Part shown: positions 1-8,835 of the stretch, piece by piece
Numbering within the stretch: the first letter of the stretch is position 1
How the letters are laid out: the number at the start of each line of letters is the position of its first letter
DNA from: a bacterium
GTDB taxonomy: Bacteria; UBA8248
Length of the DNA: 64,000 bases
Reading direction: 5' to 3'
NCBI GenBank assembly: GCA_965219955.1
Contig: OZ244799.1
Location: 2,176,001 to 2,240,000, forward strand
Position numbers and translations under genes: made by a program
The notes under the pieces: generated by a model
What the model was told of the DNA's origin: nothing
The model's database searches: none
Seen by the model: only the letters and a program-made list of their open reading frames with translations

Positions 1-1
1 C

Positions 2-412
2 GAGGAGCAGGGCGCGCCCAAGATCGCCTCCGCCGTCGTTCGCCTCGATGAGAAGGGGGACGGGGAATACACCATGCGCCAAGTGCACGGCGTCCAGCCC
101 TTCAAGAGCGACGACCCGGATACCGAGCGCATCTGGTGGCGCGAGGTGGGCGTGAACCAGAACCTCACCTTCCCGGTCAACCCCGACCCGGTGAGCGGGA
201 TGCACTGCTGGCACCAGAAGGTGCGGGTGACGAAGGCGGGGGCGGCGGATCGCTACGGCGACATCAGCGTCGACACGAAGAAGAGCTTCGAGCACTACAA
301 GCAATGGCTCGAGATGACGAAGCCGGCCCCCGGCCCCGACAACCTCAGGCGTCCGCTGTGGTTCGCCCGGCCCAACAAGCCCCAGGCCGAGGCCTACACC
401 ATCTCCGAATGA
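2..412 (+). CDS. Molybdopterin-dependent oxidoreductase, C-terminal part (5' truncated by window edge)
   Basis: Open frame from window start. C-terminal motif NQNLTFPVNPDPVSGMHCWHQKVRV resembles the dinucleotide-binding domain of DMSO-reductase-family enzymes. Stop overlaps (ATGA) the start of a TorD-family chaperone. Confidence 0.75.
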   Translation, partial: EEQGAPKIASAVVRLDEKGDGEYTMRQVHGVQPFKSDDPDTERIWWREVGVNQNLTFPVNPDPVSGMHCWHQKVRVTKAGAADRYGDISVDTKKSFEHYKQWLEMTKPAPGPDNLRRPLWFARPNKPQAEAYTISE

Positions 413-1047
413 GCCTCCGCTGGAAGCGCCGCGCCTCAGGCGCTGAATACGCCGAACAGGCGAGGCTCCGCGCCCAACTCTACCGGGTGCAGGCCCGTGC
501 GATGCTCGACCCGCTCGACGCGCAACTCGCCGGGTTTTTGCGCGAGAACTACCCGTTCCTCCTCCCTGAAGGATTCGAAGCCACCGAAGCGGCCCTTCAG
601 GAACTCCGGGTCGACTTCACGAACCTCTTCGTGCTCTCCTCCCCTCCCTACGAAGCCGCCCTGATGGATGAGAGCGGGCATCTGAACTCGAAGAGGACGG
701 ATGCGGTCGCCGATTTCTACCGCGCGTGCGGCTACAACCCCGGACGGGGCAGCGAGGGCCTCGCCCATCCCAGCGTACTGGCGATGGACCACCTGAGCGT
801 GGAACTCGAATTCATGGCCCGGCTCGCCACGGAAGAGGCGGACGCCTGGGAGGATGGAGACGCCGACATCGCGCGGGAAAAACTCTCCTTGAGCGCGCGG
901 TTCATGGACGAGCACCTCATGCGCTGGATGCCCGTCTACACGTCGAGCATGGAAGAAGACGCGGAAACGCACCTCTACCGCGCACTCGCCGGATGGATAC
1001 GCGAATTCGCCTTTTCGGACAGAAAATACATCGCCGGGATACTGTGA
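409..1047 (+). CDS. TorD/DmsD-family redox enzyme maturation chaperone
   Basis: ATG at 409 overlaps the upstream stop. Motifs PPYEAA and MDHLSVELEFM, plus F..EHL..W, are typical of TorD/DmsD. Confidence 0.85.
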   Translation: MSLRWKRRASGAEYAEQARLRAQLYRVQARAMLDPLDAQLAGFLRENYPFLLPEGFEATEAALQELRVDFTNLFVLSSPPYEAALMDESGHLNSKRTDAVADFYRACGYNPGRGSEGLAHPSVLAMDHLSVELEFMARLATEEADAWEDGDADIAREKLSLSARFMDEHLMRWMPVYTSSMEEDAETHLYRALAGWIREFAFSDRKYIAGIL

Positions 1048-1080
1048 TTAGGGTAATTATAAACTTTACTTAACAAAACG

Positions 1081-1359
1081 CATCGTCATTTCGTTGGTGA
1101 GTATGTTCGGGAGATGGCACATATCCAAGGGATCGAATCATTCTGGTCGATGTTGAAGCGGGCGCACAAGGGCACGTTCCACAAGATCAGCCCCAAACAT
1201 TTGCAGCGTTATGTGTCGGAATTTACCGGAAAGCATAACATTCGCGACCTAGACACTATCGTTCAAATGCGGGACACCGTCGCCCGACTCGTCGGTCGCA
1301 ATCTCCTCTATCGCGACTTGATCGCGGACAACGGACTTAACAACGCGGCGCGGACATAG
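1081..1359 (+). pseudogene. IS1595-family (ISXO2-like DDE) transposase, C-terminal remnant
   Basis: HFVGEYVREMAHIQGIESFWSMLKRAHKGTFHKISPKHLQRYVSEF matches the IS1595 C-terminal signature. The N-terminal zinc ribbon and most of the DDE core are missing; the remnant starts right after the left TIR. Confidence 0.85.
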
Positions 1360-1452
1360 ATTCTCGTTTCGCAACAAGGCGCGGGCAAGCGTTTCGGGGG
1401 TTGCGCCTTTCAGATCGCGTTCCGGGACTAGTACGGGGCTTCCTCTGGTCAT
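1249..1452 (-). CDS. Small hypothetical protein inside the IS1595 derivative
   Basis: 67-aa ORF. Its start overlaps the stop of the upstream passenger gene (ATGA at 1449-1452) and its 3' end runs antisense into the transposase remnant. Confidence 0.4.
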   Translation of the reverse strand: MTRGSPVLVPERDLKGATPETLARALLRNENLCPRRVVKSVVRDQVAIEEIATDESGDGVPHLNDSV

Positions 1453-1910
1453 CGGTCCGTCTCACATACGGCAGCCCCAGGGCCAATCAGCACCACCGGC
1501 ACCTGCGCCGGGTTGTTAAGCGCCGCGAGTGCCGTAGGGCATTGACATAACTTCCCCTTCGACGCAACGCAAAGCTTCTTGGGGGTGGGGGATGCAACGT
1601 ACCACAGGACGCCGATCTTGAGATTGGGAATAGCGGTAGCTCGTTTCTTCCACCACCAAGCCGCATCCGGGGCCATGATCTCGCCGAAACTTCCTATCAG
1701 CGTCCCGAGGTAGACCGCCTCACCCACTTCGCAGGATGGCGCACTGATATCCGGCAGGTGGAAAGTTCCTGATTGCGCATTGCACCAATCGAGCACTGCC
1801 GCATTCAGCGACGACAACAAGTCCGTAGCCCTCGTTGCGCTCATCGGCAACGCCAGAGCCGCAGCCAGAACCCCTGCCGCAATCGTTCGTCTTAAATTCG
1901 GTTTAGCCAT
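1449..1910 (-). CDS. Hypothetical secreted Cys-rich protein (IS passenger)
   Basis: GAGG RBS precedes ATG ATG ATG. N-terminus MAKPNLRRTIAAGVLAAALALPMSATRA looks like a signal peptide. Six Cys in the mature part. Confidence 0.6.
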   Translation of the reverse strand: MAKPNLRRTIAAGVLAAALALPMSATRATDLLSSLNAAVLDWCNAQSGTFHLPDISAPSCEVGEAVYLGTLIGSFGEIMAPDAAWWWKKRATAIPNLKIGVLWYVASPTPKKLCVASKGKLCQCPTALAALNNPAQVPVVLIGPGAAVCETDR

Positions 1911-2278
1911 CATCATCCTCGAAACAGTCTGGCAAGACGATGACAGGCTTGCCGCCATTCTGTCTTGTTCGTAACATTTAACGTCGCGGGATGCGTTTTT
2001 ACCACTCAATAACACTTGTCTGCGATGTTTCGGCCAAAGCAACTCGACAACCCCGATCAAAGCAACACCTAGCCAATATCCATCCCGACGGAACAGTCCA
2101 CCTAGCGTCTACCATGCCGCCAACACCGACATCGACGAGGATAAAATACAGGTCGCGCGTTATAAACATTCAGGCATGACACTATGCCTCATCGGTTTGT
2201 CAGGTAAAGCTTATAAATCCCTTAAAGAGGCAGAGCGTCGGTTCGAGCCACGTGGGTTTCGCGCGTGAGCCGCCGGAC

Positions 2279-2671
2279 TTATGAAACTTCCTCTTGCATG
2301 GCGCGCGCCCATTTCCGGGCCTGTTTGAGGTGACGCCTGAGTTCTCGCGTCTTCTTGCTCCAGTCGCGCCACGCGGCCCTGGACGGCGGGCACGCCTTCG
2401 ACCATGCGCGGTATTTGACTAAGTTTTCCCCCGCGACCTCATCAATGCGTGTAAGTAGTTCCTGCACCCGGCCGTCCGAACCCGCCTCGCGAAAGAGATT
2501 CTCCAACATCCTGGCGCGGTTCTGAACGCCCGCGCGCAGGCCCATCTCCCCCGCCAGGGCGCGGATGCGGCTTCTGGTGAGAAAAATGCCGGAGCGGGCG
2601 GGCGTCACGAGAAATTCGGCCAACTCGTGAAGGTTCCCGCGTTCGAATGTGCGTGTGATGTCGGTGCTCAT
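2279..2671 (-). CDS. Hypothetical protein (130 aa)
   Basis: ORF MSTDITRTFERGNLHELAEFLVTPARSGIFL... has protein-like helical composition. No family recognised. Confidence 0.6.
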   Translation of the reverse strand: MSTDITRTFERGNLHELAEFLVTPARSGIFLTRSRIRALAGEMGLRAGVQNRARMLENLFREAGSDGRVQELLTRIDEVAGENLVKYRAWSKACPPSRAAWRDWSKKTRELRRHLKQARKWARAMQEEVS

Positions 2672-2742
2672 GGCGCGCCATATTACGCCAAAACGCGGCG
2701 GATGACACCGCCCGATGGAATCAGGCGCGAACCCGGCGGCCA

Positions 2743-3129
2743 GAGGGGTTGTTGGAAAAGTCCTGATTTCGTGATTCAGAATATGTAGCCGACCAGGGAG
2801 GGATGAAACTATACCCCTCCCTGGCAGAGCGCCAACCAATCACTCCCCCCTGGAGGGTCTGGCTTCCCGAGGGGAAAGCCAGACGATGAGCTAAGGGCGT
2901 AAGCCCGCAAGCGAATCGGTGGGGGGGATAATTCGGCTGGCGATAAAACGCATTTTACCCCCCACCGAGTCAGCCTTCGCACAAACCGCTCGGCTTCCTC
3001 GACTCCCCCTCAAGGGGGGAGTGATTCCTTTCTTCTCAGTTGCCGATGACACTCAAGGGGGAGTGGTTGTTGGCTCTCAGCAAGGAAGGAGTAGTTCGGC
3101 CGAATCCACAAGGGGTTTTTAACAGCCTC
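2743..3129. repeat. MITE-like wrapper (GAGGGGTTGTTGGAAAA...TTTTTAACAGCCTC) enclosing CACTCCCCC/GGGGGAGTG palindromic repeats
   Basis: Inverted ends are similar to those at 6907, 15111 and 46529. GCCA flanks both sides (2739-2742 and 3130-3133). Internal hairpin GACTCCCCCTCAAGGGGGGAGT. Confidence 0.65.
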
Positions 3130-3314
3130 GCCAGGGTCCGATTTGCCGGTTCCCGGGAAATCCGGCGCTCACACCCGATTCGTTTATGACAGGTCGGGCC
3201 GCTTCGTGCTATGAGGAGGAAAGGGCATGGCCCGCGCCGGGCGGCATGGACGAAAGCTGAACTTGTGGCGGGCGGCCGCCGGATTCCCGTTTCACAAGAT
3301 GGTGATTTCACCTC

Positions 3315-4151
3315 ATGGACGAACCCGTTTCGCTGGAAGAAAACGCCGATTTCGCCGTCATCCTCGTGCGCCCGAGGGGGGCCGGCAACGTGGGCGCCAT
3401 CGCGCGCGTGATGTCGCACTTCGGCCTGTCGGACCTGCGCCTCGTATCGCCCGGATGCGACGTGAAAAGCGTGGAGGCGCGCTCGATGGCGATGAGCGCG
3501 CAGCCCCTGCTGGCGCGCACGAAGCATTTCGCCAGCCTTCGCGAGGCCTCGCACGATTGCGGCTGGCTGGTGGGCACGTCGAGACGCCTCGGCAGGAAAC
3601 GGCAGCCCACCATGCGCCCGAGAGAGGATGCAGGCGCTTTGCTCGCGCGCGCTTCGGGGGTGAAGGTCGGCCTGGTGTTCGGACAGGAGGACAAGGGCCT
3701 GTTCACCGAGGAGTTGAGCCTTTGCCAGGAGAGACTCCTCATCCCCGCGCTGCCGGGCGGCGAGTCGTTCAACCTCTCCCAGGCCGTGCTGATCGTCTTG
3801 TGGGAGTTGTTCAGCCGGAACCAGCCGAACGCCCGGCCCGGAGATTCCGAAGCGAAAAGAGCAGGCGCGAACGAGCACGAACCCGCATCGCGCGAGGAGA
3901 TCGAGGGCCTGGTGGATCACCTGCTCGAATCCATGGAACAGATAGGCTTCGTCCCCCACAACGACCCGGATCGCGTGGCCCGCACGTTCCGGAAGATGCT
4001 CGACAGGCTCGGGCCGGACGAGAGGGAGGTCCGGGTGATGCGGGGCGTGCTGCGCCAGGCGATCTGGAAACTCTTGCATCCGGGAGAAAAAGACGGGCCG
4101 GAAGAGGCAGCCGTCTCGTCTCGCCTCGACCAAGAGGATGAAGAAGGCTGA
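3315..4151 (+). CDS. trmJ: TrmJ/LasT-family SPOUT tRNA methyltransferase
   Basis: VILVRP..GNVGAIARVMSHFG, LVFGQEDKGL and SFNLSQAV motifs. Confidence 0.85.
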   Translation: MDEPVSLEENADFAVILVRPRGAGNVGAIARVMSHFGLSDLRLVSPGCDVKSVEARSMAMSAQPLLARTKHFASLREASHDCGWLVGTSRRLGRKRQPTMRPREDAGALLARASGVKVGLVFGQEDKGLFTEELSLCQERLLIPALPGGESFNLSQAVLIVLWELFSRNQPNARPGDSEAKRAGANEHEPASREEIEGLVDHLLESMEQIGFVPHNDPDRVARTFRKMLDRLGPDEREVRVMRGVLRQAIWKLLHPGEKDGPEEAAVSSRLDQEDEEG

Positions 4152-4185
4152 CCTCGGGCATCGCCCCGAAGGGAATCCGTAGAGC

Positions 4186-5226
4186 GTGAAACGCATGAAA
4201 CTAGACGACTTCGACTACCACCTGCCCCGGAATCTCATCGCCCGCTACCCGCCGCCGAAACGAGAAGACGCGAGGCTGCTCCACCTGTCCAGGGAGGGCG
4301 AAGCGCTCGCGCATCTCCGGGTCACCGACCTGCCGCGTTTTTTAAGTCCGGGGGATCTGGTCGTCATCAACGACACGAAGGTCAACCCGTGGCGGATTCA
4401 CGGCAGGCGGGAGAGCGGCGGCCGTGTGGAGGTCTTGCTGCTCAAGCAGCTCTCCCCGGGAAAATTCCGCGCCATGGCGCACGCCAACCGCCCGCTGCCC
4501 GAGGGGGAAAAGATCGTTTTCGACGAGGCGCACCGCGCCACGCTCGGGGACCAGGGGCTGGAAAGAGAACTCGAATTCTCCGCTTCAGACGGTCTCGACG
4601 AGTGGCTGGAAACTTTTGGAGAAATGCCGATCCCGCCCTATCTGGGGCGATGCGCCGAGGCCGTCGACAGGGAGCGCTACCAGACCGTTTTCGCCCGGAA
4701 CCCCGGCGCCGTCGCCGCGCCCACGGCGGGCCTTCACCTGAGCGAAACGCTGATCGAAGAGGTTTCGGCCACAGGCGCGCGCATCGCGAGGCTCACCCTT
4801 CACGTGGGCGCCGGGACGTTCCGGCCCGTTCGGGCGGAAAACATCGAAGAACACGAGATGGACGCGGAAAGCTATATTCTCACCGAAGAGGCGATCGCCT
4901 CGATCCATGAGGCCAGGGCGGGCGGCGGCCGCATCCTGGCCGTGGGCACGACGGTGGTCCGGGCGCTGGAATCCGCACACATCGAGGCGGCCGCCCGAGG
5001 CCACACCCTTCAGCCGGGAGAATTCAGCACCCGACTGTTCATCCGGCCGGGCTTTCGGTTTCACCTGGTGGACATGATGCTCACGAATTTCCACCTGCCG
5101 CGCTCGACCCTGCTCATGCTCGTGGCGGCGTTCGCGGGCAGGGAGAAAATCCTGGGCGCATACGCGCAGGCGATAGAGGAGGGATACCGGTTCTACAGCT
5201 ACGGGGACGCCATGCTGATAGACTAG
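4186..5226 (+). CDS. queA: S-adenosylmethionine:tRNA ribosyltransferase-isomerase
   Basis: DFDYHLP, AVAAPTAGLH, TNFHLPRSTL and YRFYSYGDAM motifs. The start may be the ATG at 4195. Confidence 0.97.
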   Translation: MKRMKLDDFDYHLPRNLIARYPPPKREDARLLHLSREGEALAHLRVTDLPRFLSPGDLVVINDTKVNPWRIHGRRESGGRVEVLLLKQLSPGKFRAMAHANRPLPEGEKIVFDEAHRATLGDQGLERELEFSASDGLDEWLETFGEMPIPPYLGRCAEAVDRERYQTVFARNPGAVAAPTAGLHLSETLIEEVSATGARIARLTLHVGAGTFRPVRAENIEEHEMDAESYILTEEAIASIHEARAGGGRILAVGTTVVRALESAHIEAAARGHTLQPGEFSTRLFIRPGFRFHLVDMMLTNFHLPRSTLLMLVAAFAGREKILGAYAQAIEEGYRFYSYGDAMLID

Positions 5227-5247
5227 GCGAACGAGAGACTCACCGGA

Positions 5248-5541
5248 TCAATGAAACCTCACGTCGGCGCCGTTCACCGCATCCTTGAAGTGCTTGCCCG
5301 CCTTGAAGCGCACGACGCGGCGCGCGCTGATGGGCGCTTCCTGGCCCGTCTTCGGGTTGCGGCCCACGCGAGCGTTCTTCTCCCTGACCTGAAAAGAACC
5401 GAAGCGCCTCAAAATGACGGACTCGCCATTCTGGAGGGATTCCTTGATGGTCTGGATGATCGTCTCTACCGCTTCTTCCGCCTTCACTTTGCTGAGGCCC
5501 GTATCGTCCGACACGAGGTTGATGATATCGATTTTCGTCAA
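5248..5541 (-). CDS. HU/IHF-family DNA-binding protein
   Basis: FGSF...RVGRNPKTG motif. Likely TTG start at 5541 after a GGGAG RBS. Confidence 0.92.
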   Translation of the reverse strand: MTKIDIINLVSDDTGLSKVKAEEAVETIIQTIKESLQNGESVILRRFGSFQVREKNARVGRNPKTGQEAPISARRVVRFKAGKHFKDAVNGADVRFH

Positions 5542-5729
5542 AGGACTCCCCCTTCTTACCCGGAGACCCGCCCTCATTCGGGATTAAACCGTGGCAGAAA
5601 ACTGAAATTTCCGACTTTAATGTTTCGCCAAAGTCCCTGTAACGTCTTGAGTTCAATCAAGTTTACCACTAGCCTTGCTGGTGAGCAACCATTGAAAAAA
5701 CAACCGGAAACCTGAAAGGTCAAAAAAAT

Positions 5730-6881
5730 ATGAAGCAACTCTCCGTACCGCCGCGTATCTCGGGTATCAAGCCCTTCCTGGTGATGGACATCATGGAGCG
5801 CGCCCATCAACTGGAGGCGCAGGGCCGCGAGGTGATCCACCTGGAGGTGGGGGAGCCCGATTTCGATACGCCCGGGGTCATCACCCGCGCCGCCGAAGCC
5901 GCCCTGCGCGCCGGCCACACCCACTACACGGCCGCCCTGGGGGTTCCCGAGCTGCGCGAGGCGATCGCGGATTTCTACAACAAAAAATACGGCGTATCCG
6001 TATCGCCCGAACGCGTGATGGTGACGAACGGCACGAGCCCGGGCCTGTTGATGCTCTTCTCGGTTCTCGTGGATGCGGGCGACGAGATCATCATTTCAGA
6101 CCCCCACTACGCCTGCTACCCGGCCTTCATCCTCTCCGCCTGCGGGAGGCCCGTGCGCGTCCCCACCCATGCGGAGCACGGCTTCGCGCTCGAGGCCGAG
6201 GCCGTCCGCGGTTTCATCACTCCGAACACCAGGGCCATCCTCATCAACTCGCCGTCCAATCCCACGGGCGCATCGCTCTCGCGCGAGGACATGGCGGCGC
6301 TCGCCGAACTGGGAAAGCCCATCATTTCGGACGAGATATACCACGGACTCAGCTACGAGGATGAGGAATACACGGCGCTCCACTTCACGGAGGATTGCTT
6401 CGTCATCAACGGTTTCTCGAAGTATTTCGCCATGACGGGCTGGCGGGTCGGCTATCTCATCGTCCCCCCCGAGTACGTCCGCCCGCTGGAGATACTGCAG
6501 CAAAACTATTTCGTCTCGCCCAATTCCTTCGTCCAGTACGCGGCAATCGCCGCTCTCGAGGACGGCGTGCCCGAGGCGGAGCGCATGCGCGGGATTTATG
6601 ACGAAAGACGCAAAATCATGCTCGCGCGCTTAGAGGACATCGGCCTCAAAATGCGCCATGAGCCGACGGGCGCGTTCTACGCCTTCGCCGATGCGCGCGC
6701 GTACGGGGCGGACAGCCTGGAACTGGCCAGGGAAATACTCGAGGCCACCGGCGTGGCCGTGGCGCCGGGGGCGGATTTCGGACCGGGGGGGGAAGGGTTC
6801 CTCCGGTTCTCCTACTGCAACTCGGTCGAAAACATCGAAGCCGGCCTCGAAAGAGTGGGGGCGTTCCTCAAGAAGCGATAA
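5730..6881 (+). CDS. PLP-dependent aminotransferase class I/II (aspartate aminotransferase-like)
   Basis: GEPDF, NSPSNPTG, SDEIY and GFSKYFAMTGWRVG motifs. Confidence 0.93.
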   Translation: MKQLSVPPRISGIKPFLVMDIMERAHQLEAQGREVIHLEVGEPDFDTPGVITRAAEAALRAGHTHYTAALGVPELREAIADFYNKKYGVSVSPERVMVTNGTSPGLLMLFSVLVDAGDEIIISDPHYACYPAFILSACGRPVRVPTHAEHGFALEAEAVRGFITPNTRAILINSPSNPTGASLSREDMAALAELGKPIISDEIYHGLSYEDEEYTALHFTEDCFVINGFSKYFAMTGWRVGYLIVPPEYVRPLEILQQNYFVSPNSFVQYAAIAALEDGVPEAERMRGIYDERRKIMLARLEDIGLKMRHEPTGAFYAFADARAYGADSLELAREILEATGVAVAPGADFGPGGEGFLRFSYCNSVENIEAGLERVGAFLKKR

Positions 6882-6900
6882 GAAAGGGAATGATGGAATG

Positions 6901-7731
6901 CACTCCCCCTTGAGGGGGTTGTTGAGAAAGTGATGATGAACGAGGATTTGACGCGACCGGGGAGGGGGGTGTAGGGGCCGCATATATGCGGCCCTTGTGG
7001 TGGGTGAAAAAACAGGGTCGCATATATGCGACCCCTACGAAAACCGCAAACCCTCCCGCCGTCATTCCGGCAATCAATGCCGACCGAGGAGGGAGGGATT
7101 GCCCGGAATCCATTTTGACTTTTTACCGGGCGGGGCGGCCACGACCTTGTTGTCGCGCGGCGTCGGGATGCGGAATGCAGGGAATTCGCCATTCGTTTTT
7201 GTGTTCTGTTCCGAACCTCCCTGCCCGGGATTCAAGACGTCCGAACGAAGAGGCGGAAGGCAAAGGCGAAAATGGATTCCGGCTTTCGCCGGAATGACGA
7301 ACAAAGCCGCAAGGGCTGTAGGGGCGGGCCTCCGTGCCCGCCCGTTGTTGGTATACGACCCGGAGACGCAGGACAGGCACAGAGGCCTGTCCCTACGGCG
7401 AACAATCTCGAAGATCGGGTAGGGGTTTTCAACAATCCCCTCAAGGGGTTTTGAAAAACCTGGGGAGAGAAAATTTTGTGTGTAGGGGTCGCATACATGC
7501 GACCCTGATTTTTTTCACCCACTACAAGGGCCGCATGTATGCGGCCCCTACAAAAACCGCAAATCCTTTCGCCGGAATGACGAACAAAGTCGCAAGGGCT
7601 GTAGGGGCGGGCCTCCGTGCCCGCCCGTTGTTGGCATACGACCCGGAGACACAGGACAGGCACGGAGGCCTGTCCCTACGGCGAACAATCTCGAAGGTCG
7701 GAGAGGGGTTTTTCAACAACCCCCTCAAGGG
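6901..7731. repeat. Composite REP/REPIN cluster: two tandem wrapper units containing GTAG- and CGTC-type REP doublets
   Basis: Perfect 19-bp inverted ends CCCTTGAGGGGGTTGTTGA (6907-6925 and 7713-7731). GTAG...CTAC doublets at 6971-7038, 7318-7396, 7482-7551 and 7601-7679. CGTC...GACG element at 7060-7299. Direct repeat ~7283-7446 versus ~7566-7730. Confidence 0.9.
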
Positions 7732-7884
7732 AAGAATGAAAAAACCCGGGCAGGAAGAATCGGTTTTGAAGAAAGCGTGGTGAATTGACAGGAAAAAAGG
7801 AGTTATCAACCGAAAGATTTCATCACCAACAAAAACCGCCGCCCGGCGGACCGGGCAGCGGCCGGCTTGCGCTCTCAGGCGAAA

Positions 7885-8160
7885 CTACGCCTCGTCGTCG
7901 AACCCGACATCCATGAAGCCCTGGTCAACATCGGTCATATCAAGGGCCGACGCGGTCTTTCGCCACTCCAGTTTTTCCTCGATGATCTCGCGAAACACGA
8001 TCTCCTCGGGCGTCTCGTGGGACTGTGAGGGAACCAGAGGCTCCGCACCCCGCCTGAGCTGGGCCACCCGCTTGGCGAGCAGCACCGAAAGCAGAAAACG
8101 ATTCTTCACGACACCGAGCGCTTCTTCGAACATCTCGTCATAAGACGTAGCCACGGCCAT
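7885..8160 (-). CDS. rpoZ: RNA polymerase omega subunit
   Basis: NRFLLSVLLAKRVAQLRRGAEPLV...IVFREI is typical of omega. ATG at 8160 follows a GGGGGA RBS. Confidence 0.85.
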   Translation of the reverse strand: MAVATSYDEMFEEALGVVKNRFLLSVLLAKRVAQLRRGAEPLVPSQSHETPEEIVFREIIEEKLEWRKTASALDMTDVDQGFMDVGFDDEA

Positions 8161-8240
8161 ATATTCCCCCGCATGAGGTAAACAAAAAGAATGATCGGGG
8201 ACGGCGCGCATCAAACCGGCGCCTCGCCGATCCTTCGGAC

Positions 8241-8765
8241 CTACCCGAACCCGACTTCCCGAACGTATATCATCTGCAAATCGGAGTGAACCTGATTCAG
8301 AAGATGTTCCTCTTCCTCAGACAGATTGCCTTCCGTCTTCTCCTTGAGGGCTGCGAACAAATCGACGAAAATTTTCGAACTTCGCGGGTCCGCCGCCCCG
8401 ATGCGCTCACCCGTCTGCGGATGAATGCCCATCGCCGCCAGAGCGTTTTGCTGGACGATGGCGATGAGCATCTCGAAACTCTTGTCTTCCTCCTCGTCCT
8501 CGTCCACCTCATCGTCCGGAGGCTGCGCTCTTTCCCCGGCTTGCGGTTGCGGAACCTCCGCGGGCGGAGCCGGTTCCGGTTCCATCACCTCGGGCTCGGA
8601 CGAAACCGCGCCGGTTTGCGGACCCGTCTCTTCATCCGCCGCATCCGGGGAGAACAACTGCCCTTCACCTCCTGAGGCAGGCGATTCTTCATCCTCGTAT
8701 CCCCTCACGGAGAATCTCCGGTCGGAAATCTTGAATCCCTTGTTTTCTACGTTTTCCTCTTCCAT
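8241..8765 (-). CDS. DUF1844-family protein
   Basis: GFKISDRR N-terminus, acidic linker, C-terminal LKEKTEGNLSEEEE.LL...LQMIYV. Confidence 0.8.
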   Translation of the reverse strand: MEEENVENKGFKISDRRFSVRGYEDEESPASGGEGQLFSPDAADEETGPQTGAVSSEPEVMEPEPAPPAEVPQPQAGERAQPPDDEVDEDEEEDKSFEMLIAIVQQNALAAMGIHPQTGERIGAADPRSSKIFVDLFAALKEKTEGNLSEEEEHLLNQVHSDLQMIYVREVGFG

Positions 8766-8835
8766 CGCTTACCCTCCGGCGCCGGGTGCCGGGGCTATCG
8801 GACCCCGCCTCTCCTCGTTCCGCCCGAATAGACGC

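Larger units (their letters stand above)
1051..2221. mobile_element. Internally deleted, non-autonomous IS1595-family element with passenger genes
   Basis: Imperfect ~30-bp terminal inverted repeats: GGGTAATTATAAACTTTACTTAACAAAACG (1051-1080) versus the reverse complement of 2193-2221, GGGATTTATAAGCTTTACCTGACAAACCG. It encloses a transposase 3' remnant and appears lower in GC than its flanks. No target-site duplication is visible. Confidence 0.75.

Noticed and set aside
5648-5663. CTTGAGT-TC-AATCAAG as a HAIR operator
   Set aside because: The spacer is 2 nt rather than 7 and the site is not at a heat-shock gene; it looks more like IHF-type sites upstream of the HU/IHF gene.
6901-7731. Possible CRISPR array
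   Set aside because: The repeats are palindromic doublets with conserved rather than unique spacers and irregular periods, and no cas genes are present.
6812-7809. Many short ORFs over the repeat clusters (also 2919-3122, 15188-15508 and 46486-47421)
   Set aside because: They are translations of REP/MITE sequence; the same peptides recur at different repeat loci.
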